NCBI GenBank assembly: GCA_030704615.1
Contig: CM060733.1
Coordinates: forward strand, 64,976,001 to 65,040,000
Direction of reading: 5' to 3'
Length of the DNA: 64,000 bases
Source of the DNA: Takakia lepidozioides
Taxonomy: Eukaryota > Plantae > Bryophyta
The notes under the pieces were generated by a model, which was not told where the DNA came from, searched no databases, and worked only from the letters and a program-made list of their open reading frames with translations. Below are positions 52,541-61,150 of this stretch, piece after piece. The position numbers and the translations under genes are program-made. How positions within the stretch are numbered: position 1 is the first letter of the stretch; every line of letters starts with the position of its first letter.

Positions 52541-54051
52541 TGCTCTGTTTACATACCATAAATCTTTGGTATAACACTTTTATGCCTTTGAAACATCAGT
52601 CAATATCGGTTCCCTCATCATTAAAGTTATGACAGGGGCTGCATTTACATGAAAGGAAAAATTCCATAGTCATCCTATTGCTATAAAGCCTACGGTTTGA
52701 TTATATCATTCATCATGACACTGATTCCCAAATTAGACTGCAACCAGAAGCCTTATGTGAAGCTTACCCTGGTTTGCAAGCAAGATTCCCTGGAGTGTTT
52801 AATTTACATGCTATGGAGAAACAAATTTACCATATAACAGCCTGATATCAGGTTATAGAAACCAGGCTATAAGGTATTACTCCAAAGCCTTATCAGACTT
52901 CGATGATATTGGTAAACTTACTCAACAAGCATAAAACTCTAAAGTCAACATCTCAAGCACTTGAATCATTTACCTTTTCTTGTACTCTAACCGTATAGGT
53001 TATGACAACAGATGATTCCAAGAACTGAGATTGTAGTTCATGGCATCCATGTTATGATGAAACATGAGGAAATCTCAGTTTTATCACACAGCACCAATTA
53101 CAAAGTTGTACCCTGAATTGATCTACAACTACAAGTCCTGGAGCTTTGACCAGTGTATGACCAGACTGTCTCTCTGGTTAAACACCTTTCAAAAACTAGG
53201 TATTCATAAACACATACCTAGCCTATGAACACATGGATCTTTAAATGAAGCTTCCATGTAAGAGCTGTTTCCAAACAAATACTGTTACCATGTATGCCAG
53301 TCCACTGTATGTTTCTGACCAGTATTGCCAGTGAACATTATGTTACTGTTTGAAACATGTATCCTACTTAGAACCAACATGAGATCTAGGGCAGAGCATA
53401 TTAATTCATGCTTTTAGATTTCTATCCCCTAGCCCATTAATCATAGCTGATTTAAACCCAGGTCCTCTGTGTAATATAATCAACCATTGGCCTATGCAAA
53501 ATGACATTAGAATCCACTCTAAGTAGTGTAGATTCCTTTGTGTTTTGTCTCATAGAGTTCCCTGGTTCTTATGTGCTACTCATCTAAAGACAAACATGGT
53601 GACTAATGAAGACCTCCTCTGTCTCCTCCGAGTGACCTCATTTGTAAATGTCATGCCATAGTCTCCAATCTTCCATTTCTCCAATGCATCCTACACCCCA
53701 AGTGTTCATAAAAGGCAGAAGACCCTCACCTGTCGCCCGTCCCAAAAAACAACACAACAGTGAGTGTTAGTGAGGTAGCTAAAGGTGCATAGCGGGTCTG
53801 CTGCGCTTGCTATCGCTTTCCAGAATGAATTCCTGAGATTGTAACATACAAAGGAGATTTCAAGTAACTAGCAAAGCTCTGAGTTCTTGAGGAAAGATTG
53901 TGGCTAGAGAAATGATCAAACACATAAAAGATTATACCATTCTGTGCACGGAATACAAACCACAAACCCTTGTCAAGTTATTTTACCACTAGTGTGAAAC
54001 TAGCTAGGAAATAGCTATTTTTTACATATTGACATTTGGGATTGGCCCAAG

Positions 54052-56761
54052 TGTCAATCCAGGGGTCAAGGCAGATTTAGGCCCTGGAGTGGTTATCTTC
54101 ACGGCAAGCGCGGGAGGCTCATCTTTCTCGAGTTGAGCCTCACCGCGCCTAGCTATGGTGCCGTAGTGTGGATTCCCCATGGCGTGGGGTGCACTTGGCT
54201 TGACTTGTATTTGAGTGATGAGGTTATATATGCCTGAGTTTATGCTTCAGCTTTGTGAGCTCGCATAAGCTTGTGCTTGTATTCTTCTTCTTTATCACTC
54301 GAGAAAGATGAGCTCGTATCTGTGAGTGCCAAATACGAGTTAGTTGTAGCACTTGTGGTTTTTGCTTGAGAATGAGAGAAACCAGGGTGTTATGCAAGGA
54401 GCACCGTGGAGCTCTTGGTTGTTAGAAGCGGAGGCGATGTGGGTTACGAGGTGGTAAACCTTGGCATGCGATCTTCAGCTTCAGAGATGAAAGCACCATG
54501 CTGCAGGTAATTCCAGAGCACCTTGATGGTTTCAGATTGTGTACATGCATGAGCAAGCACGATTGGGAAGAGACCAGTCAAGAGCAGGTTTATAGTGGCT
54601 TTGGTGGCAAAGTTGAGAACTGGACTTGGGAATGCGAGCTTTCATTGTGTGAAGGATTGCAAGACCAAGCGAAAGGGCTGATTTGGCTTGGGGCAAATCA
54701 GTGCACTTTGTGGAGTATGGTGAGATTGGGTTTCAATCTCGAGCTTCAGCATTGAGAGGGCTTTGGCATGGCAAGAGCAGGGTTGGAACAGGAGCTAAGA
54801 GGTGCGGCAAGGCCATGGAATTGCACTAGGGTTTCAGAGCTTGGAAGAAGAGCTCTTGCACCACAGAGAAGTGTCTTGTGGCTGGAAATGTAAGCCTTAG
54901 GGTTTCAGGAGCTTGGCAAAGGATGGGAGTGCTTAGTCTTGTCTTAGAGAGCATCAAGGAGCCAAGGAGCCAAGATAGGGGGCTGATATCTCTTGTGTGA
55001 AGAGGTTGCATGTGTGGAGCATGTATTCAGCTCATTGAAGCTTCCATCTTCAAGCTTGGAGGGCAAGCAAGGAAGATGGAAGGGCTGACTTCCCTTATGT
55101 GAGGGCAATGCATGTGTGGAGCATGCTATCAGCCTGGGTGAAGGCTTGCACTTTCAGGTGTGGGAGTGCAAGAAAGGAAGGAAGGGGCCGGTTTCCCTGT
55201 AGGGCATGTGGAGCATGCTTTCAGCCTGCTGAAGCTTGTATTTCAGGTTGTGGGTGCAAGAAATGAAGCAAAGGAGCTGATTCTCTTATGGTGAGAGTGG
55301 GGCATGTGTGGAGCATGCCTTCAGCCCATTGAGGCTCTTGTTTTCAAGATTTAGAGAGCTAGAACGGAAGGTCTAGGTGGTTTCCACTTGGAGTGAAAGA
55401 AAAGCACTTGTAGGGCCTATGTGAGTTGGGGTTTCAACTTCAAGCTTGAAGGGAGAGCGCAACTCTTGAAGCAGCAGGTGTAGGGGCTGGAATAGGCTCT
55501 AAGACAGATGCTATGGCCAAGGAGAGTGCTTGAATGAGTGCTCACAAGGGCTGGGAACCAGCAGGGCTTGGTGTTTGCCATTGAGTTTAGTGGCGTGTTT
55601 GGGGAGGCTAAGTGAGAAAGAAGGCTTGGTTGTGGCAACCTACCTCATGGCTTAGGGCTACTATGGTGGGTGTGGGAGCCGAAAGAGCAAGAATACCTTG
55701 CTGATTTCCTCACAGCCGCCATAGCTCGGTGGAAAGAAGCCTAGAGTCCAAGAGACACAAACCCTAGCTTGGCGTGGCTAAACCCCTTGGAGAAATGGCC
55801 AGACGGCCCCCTTGCCCTGTGGGGCTGTGGCCAAACAAGAGACATGTAATGACGGGCTGTCCTTCAGAGGGCAAAAGAAGTGACCCCCCGGGCCCCATGT
55901 GGGCTGTGAGTGACCTGTGACGGGCTGTGAGGGGCTGTGTGAGGCCTTGGGGCTGTGACCCCCCCCGGCTGTGACACGGCTGTTGGCGGCCTGTGCCTGA
56001 GGCCTTTGGGGCTATGAGGGGCTGTGAGGGGCTGTGAGGGGCTGTGCCCTGGCCTGTGGGACTGTGACGTCTGTGACCAGTGAGCTTGTGGGCCTAGTGC
56101 TGGCCCGTGGTGGCCCGTGTTGACCTGTGGACGGCCTGTGCTGACTCGTGGAGGCACTGGTGGACTTCCTAAGGATGACATGTGGTCTTGAAGGCCGAAT
56201 TTTGAGAGCTTGTGGAGGGCGGTTTTGAGGAGTATCTTCATGAGTGATCCCATGGTCATGCAAGTGAGGGAAGAGAGGAGAGGGAAGAGTGTTTGTGATG
56301 GAGGGCATGCTGGGGTTCGGCATTGCTTTAGCTTCTCTTCCTCGTAGTTTCCACCCTCTCATTAGGCCAAGACCTTTCCATAGGTGGAGGCAAAGTCAGC
56401 CCGGGTTTGGGCTGGGGTGTCCTGCAAGAGCCACCGTGGAGTTGTGTTTTTGGTGTGGGGGGAGTTGTCGTTCTGTTTCTTGTGTTTGGATCCCCTCCAT
56501 ATTTTTGCATGCTTGACTGTGCGCCATGCTAGTTTGTGTGGGCGCTTGTTTTTATAGGGATTGGTCGGATTTGATCACCGGCCAGTCCTAGAGCAGCTGT
56601 CGATGGTGAGGCTGGGGTGATGACCAGCCAGACATCATTGTTTCTCCTGTGGTGAGGTTGGAGGTGATGACCAGCCAACCATAGGAGTGCTTTGCGGTGG
56701 ATGGCAGGTACAAGGTGTAGGCTATGTTAGGAACTTAGTATTCCAACCATAAGCCGCAACA
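54052..56761 (+). repeat. Putative 5' LTR (~2.7 kb) with internal ~98-bp (55008-55330) and GGGCTGTGAG-type (55900-56060) tandem repeats
   Basis: TGTCAATCC…GCCGCAACA termini shared with the LTR at 39190-39847. The partner LTR is outside the window. Confidence 0.6.
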
Positions 56762-57035
56762 GGTTTCTCTACCGTTACCAAACCTTGTGGAAGGGGTTAG
56801 GGACATGTTCATGACCGGTTTGAGTTGTCACACGGAGTGCCAGTTTGCTGGGGACAGTGCCGGTTCGAGCACTAGCGATACTAGTGGGTACACGAGACAA
56901 GGTGTGCGGTTTAGGCCACCTTCACCTCCTGTGTCTTCCACGGAAGGTTCTGATTTGGATTGTGAATCAGGAGGACTCATACCGGCGGTGCAAGTTGTTT
57001 CTTTGCCATTGTTGTGGACACAATGGAGGAGATGT

Positions 57036-58450
57036 ATGGAGCTACAAGGGACCACAAGGTACTCTGGGGCGGTGGGCACCATCGAGTTACATGATTTTAT
57101 CCAAGAGTTTGATAGTTGGTGTGATTTGCAGCAAATGCGGCAATCCACAACTATTTACGCCGTCATGGCATGGAAAGGGCTGTTTCAGCACTTGAGGGGC
57201 CGCCTATGGATGATTACCATGAGTTCAGGCGGGGGCATGAGGTTGAGATCGAGGAGTGGAGGATGTACTGGTCACCCCGACTATGTCTCCATCACTAGGG
57301 CACTAGAGCCATGAGGGCAGTGGCTACACCTGCCGCTGCAAAAACCGGCAAGCTTCAGCAAGTAGCAGTTGAACTAGTGGAGCTGGTGGTACAGTAGCTA
57401 CGACGTCCACCCAAGCCCTACACCGCACCACCAGCACTAGCCTCGTGCCTGCCTTCAACCCTGTTGTGGAGTTCTTCGAAGAGTTGAGAGGGAAATACCA
57501 AGGGGTGAGGACAGAGAAGTTTGCGGAGCTTGCAAGAGTTCCAACGGAGCCGACCGAGAGCTTGAGGGAGGCTTTCCACTCGCATGCGCGCTTGATAAAT
57601 GTAACCCCAAGGGTTCACGGAAGCTCAGGCAGTCCAATATCTGGTATGGATGGACAAGGAGCTGAGGAGAAGGGTGCGGGATGCAACTCTCCTACAAGCG
57701 GCCCACCCACCTTAGCAAATGTGTTTTTGCTGGCAGAGCGGATAGAGCTCAACATAGTGGAGGAACGAGTGGTCATGGTGGGATTTGCTAAGGAGACACC
57801 ACGGGGTAGTGTGCTCTTAGCCAACCACTACCTCAACGTGCTCAAGGCAACAAGGGGGCTCAGGTGAAGCTCAGGGAAGGGCAGAGAGGACCTCAGAGCA
57901 GGGGTCTCTCCCTTCATTTGCTGGCCAACAACGGGCGGATGTGGTGTGCTGGACATGTGGAGGACCCCATGTCAAAAGGATTGCCCAGAGGGAGGCAAGG
58001 GCTGGCACATGCACAGCCTGCACAGTTGCAGTGTGGGCATTGTGGCAAGCACGGGCATGGAGAGGCCCAGTGTTATGGTTTGCATCCTGAGTTGCGCCCA
58101 GGCCAGTTCCAAGGGAACAATGGTGGCCGGGGGCGAGGTGGAGCAGCCCAGAGAGGACGAGGTGGCCAGCCACGAGGTGCAGGCCAAGGGCAAGCTCAAC
58201 ATGGCCAAGGACGCGGAGGTCAAGGTGTTGACCAAGGCATGGCCAACCGGCTTCAGCAGCTAGAGCAGAGGTTGCTGCCATGGCTACAGCTCAGGTGGTA
58301 CCGGCTCTAAGGCCGGATGGTCCACCTCCTGCTCCTGAGGGAGGAGATATGGGAGGCATGGGATTCATGTGTGGAGCAGCACTACCACTAGTGCAGGTGG
58401 AGTCTGCTGCAGCAGTGACTCGAGGAGCAGCACGAGTTCCTGAGCCACGA
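57036..58450 (+). pseudogene. gag: gag-like region with zinc knuckle (frameshifted)
   Basis: DFIQEFDSWCD…, ESLREAF, CGHCGKHGHGEAQC followed by an RGG-rich tract. Confidence 0.7.
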
Positions 58451-58451
58451 G

Positions 58452-60950
58452 GTGCAGAGGTGGAGTTGGATCCACAGCGTGGGGAGGCAAGCCGTCAGGC
58501 TAGGCTTCCTCAGTCATTCACATTGGCGGAGACAGTGTCGACGCCATCCATGGCACCTAGTTCTCGCCCGACTGTTACGAGGCGGAGGTTACTATGCCAT
58601 TGGGGAGAGCTACACGGTAGCACCACTACCTAGTGTAGCCAAGGCTACGGCAGCTAGTGTGCTGCTAGGAGCGGCCACATCTGTGTGCCAGGCTCCATTG
58701 TTCTCGGCTACCATGATTGCGACGCCGGGGGTAAGACCAGCTGAGGTGTTCAGGCTAGCAGCTACACTCAGTGAGAGTGGGGAGGTTACTTCATCTTCTG
58801 CGGAGATACTAGGAGGTGTAGTGCCGGAGGGATCCTCGGATTTGAGGGTCAAGACTGCCACGGCGGCGCCATGGCAAGCTGCAGCTGCCAGGTTGATGGA
58901 GCTGCCAGCTAGGCCAGCCATTGAGCGCGCCATGGTGACACCTGGAGTTGTCATTTTAGACAACCAAGATGACATTTTCTGTTTGAGTGGACCGGCAGGC
59001 AAGAGGTACCGGCCACTGCGGGTCTTGTTGGACTCGGGAGCTCAGCCACTGATGCTGGGCAGAGCTGCTATTGCAGGCTTGGGCCTCACGGAGGCGGATA
59101 TGGAGCCTTGTTCTTTCCAGATACAGACGTCTCTGGGAGGATTGGAGCAAGCTTGGGGCATGACACGGCGTGAGTTGGCTATCAGACTACGGCCGGATCA
59201 CCCTACAGATGGCTCAGTGATGCGAGCCAAGGCCATTGTGACAGACGCGGTCTCATACGATGTCCTGGTTGGTGGGGCAGTGTTGTACCCCATGGGCTTC
59301 ACCCTGGATTTTTGGGAGGAGTCAGCTTCCTATAGGCCTACATGGCAGTCAGGGGAGGGCCGGCGTGTGCAGCTCCCTGTGACGTTCATAGGAGGAGTTG
59401 CGGTTGCCCTGCGAGGCAAGATGCCGACACTAGCAGCATTCACAGCGGCAATGAGTTGGCCTAGAGAGTTGCTTGAGGGCAACGCTCATTCAAAGGATGT
59501 ACCACCTCCGGGAGAGCATGATGACATGTATGGTATGGCGGAGTTGCCTACCATGGTTGCTCAGACTCCATTGTGGGGCACGAGCAAGGATTTGCAGCGG
59601 GATGCTGATCGACGGGTGCAACAAGCCTGGGTGGAGGCTTTTGTACCGTTAGGAGAGGAGGAGAGTGCGGGGATTGCACCAGGACCACCTCAATTGTCTC
59701 CATTGGACACCACACCTATTGTGTGGCAGTATCCGGATGAAGGCATTTGTCTTCTGGACTTGTTTGGCGGGATCAGCACCGGATTGGCTGCTGTGTTACA
59801 GGCAGGTGTACGAGTTTGGCGTTACCTGTATGTGGAGAGGGATGAGACTGCACGACGCGTTTCACTTCGCCATGTTGCTCAGTTGGTGCAGCGGTACCCT
59901 GAGTTGTTGTCGGTGTCTGTAATTCGTGGATATCAGCAGGCCTTGCCAGCAGACATTTCGTTGCTGGGGGCGCAGGATTTGGAGCGGGTTGGCTCCATTG
60001 ATCTGGTAGTGGCAGGTTGGCCCTGCCAAGGGCATTCATCAGCCGGGCATGGCAATGGATTGCGAGACTCGAGGTCGGGTCTGTTTTGGGAGATGGTGCG
60101 GGTTTTGCGCCACTTGCAACTTCATCAAGCTGTATCTCCAGCATACATCTTGGAGAATGTGCCACTGATGGGCGATTCTCGGGCCAGGGTGATGGCCAGT
60201 GTGCATCAAGTCCGGTCGTGGCTTGGGTCAGTAGTGTTGCTAGATGCAGCTACAGTGGGATCACGGGCTCATCGTCCACGACTATGGTGGACTAACTTGA
60301 TGCCACCCGTACTGCTCAAGCGTGCATTTGATGGGGTGCAGCGGCCAGCACATCTCACAGTGGATAACATTCTGGATACAGGGAGGCAGTCTCAGCGTGT
60401 GAGACATGATGACCATTCGCCTTTGGCAGTGGTCAACAAGGTGGGTCAACCACGAGTAGCATTACCTACACTGCTCAGCTTCCCAGGATCGCATGCTTTC
60501 TGGGATAGTGGACCTGGCCTCCTGTGGGATGCTCAGTTGCAGCAGTTAGTGGAGCCTAATGCTGACGAGCGTGAGCGGGCAATGGGTTTTACCACTGGTA
60601 CCACGGCGGTGTCGTCTCTTTCTGAGGCATCACGTCGTCAAGTGTTGGGGCAAGCAATGGATCTCAATTGCTTGACCTGGATTATCAGCTTGGCTTTGGC
60701 TGAGCAACGCAGAGTGCGGAGTACACTTCCCTCAATGGTCTCTCTGCCTACCAAGACGGTACAGGCAGTGAGTGGGGGCGAGCATGTGAAGACCGCGGGG
60801 TGCATGCATCCATGGCACACGTGGGAGATGCTCGAGGTTCAGAGGGAGTTGGCAGCCAAGGCGGCTGTGATGGATGAGGTTGGGGATTCTTCTCGGGTTG
60901 AGGAGGTCCTCAAGGATGAGAGATGGGGCAGGATGAGGCCTTGTCATTGA
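58452..60950 (+). CDS. pol N-terminal ORF: aspartic protease (LLDSGA at ~59025) fused in frame to a DNMT3-like cytosine-5 methyltransferase (~59745-60700)
   Basis: Motif I LDLFGGISTG, II YVERD, III ADI, IV DLVVAGWPCQG, VI ILENV, VIII AHRPRLWWTN, IX ERERAMGF, X RRQVLGQAM, all in one 832-aa frame. Confidence 0.93.
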   Translation: MQRWSWIHSVGRQAVRLGFLSHSHWRRQCRRHPWHLVLARLLRGGGYYAIGESYTVAPLPSVAKATAASVLLGAATSVCQAPLFSATMIATPGVRPAEVFRLAATLSESGEVTSSSAEILGGVVPEGSSDLRVKTATAAPWQAAAARLMELPARPAIERAMVTPGVVILDNQDDIFCLSGPAGKRYRPLRVLLDSGAQPLMLGRAAIAGLGLTEADMEPCSFQIQTSLGGLEQAWGMTRRELAIRLRPDHPTDGSVMRAKAIVTDAVSYDVLVGGAVLYPMGFTLDFWEESASYRPTWQSGEGRRVQLPVTFIGGVAVALRGKMPTLAAFTAAMSWPRELLEGNAHSKDVPPPGEHDDMYGMAELPTMVAQTPLWGTSKDLQRDADRRVQQAWVEAFVPLGEEESAGIAPGPPQLSPLDTTPIVWQYPDEGICLLDLFGGISTGLAAVLQAGVRVWRYLYVERDETARRVSLRHVAQLVQRYPELLSVSVIRGYQQALPADISLLGAQDLERVGSIDLVVAGWPCQGHSSAGHGNGLRDSRSGLFWEMVRVLRHLQLHQAVSPAYILENVPLMGDSRARVMASVHQVRSWLGSVVLLDAATVGSRAHRPRLWWTNLMPPVLLKRAFDGVQRPAHLTVDNILDTGRQSQRVRHDDHSPLAVVNKVGQPRVALPTLLSFPGSHAFWDSGPGLLWDAQLQQLVEPNADERERAMGFTTGTTAVSSLSEASRRQVLGQAMDLNCLTWIISLALAEQRRVRSTLPSMVSLPTKTVQAVSGGEHVKTAGCMHPWHTWEMLEVQRELAAKAAVMDEVGDSSRVEEVLKDERWGRMRPCH

Positions 60951-61150
60951 CTGAGCAGGCAGGGAGTACTGCTCAAGAGGTTGCAACATAGCAACCACTG
61001 GACGCGTCCTCTACTTCTAAGCCCACTGGACTTAAGGTTGTAGTTACGGAGGACAATTGGGAGCCTGACATTGGACCCATTGTCACCGGAGGAGAGAGAC
61101 GACGTATACGGCGGTTCCTGAGGGCTTACAGGAATTGCTTTGCCTTCAGT

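Noticed and set aside
59745-60700. Host DRM/DNMT3 gene or bacterial restriction-modification methylase contamination
   Set aside because: Intronless, in frame with a retropepsin, flanked by gag and RT, with non-permuted motifs and no restriction enzyme or bacterial context.
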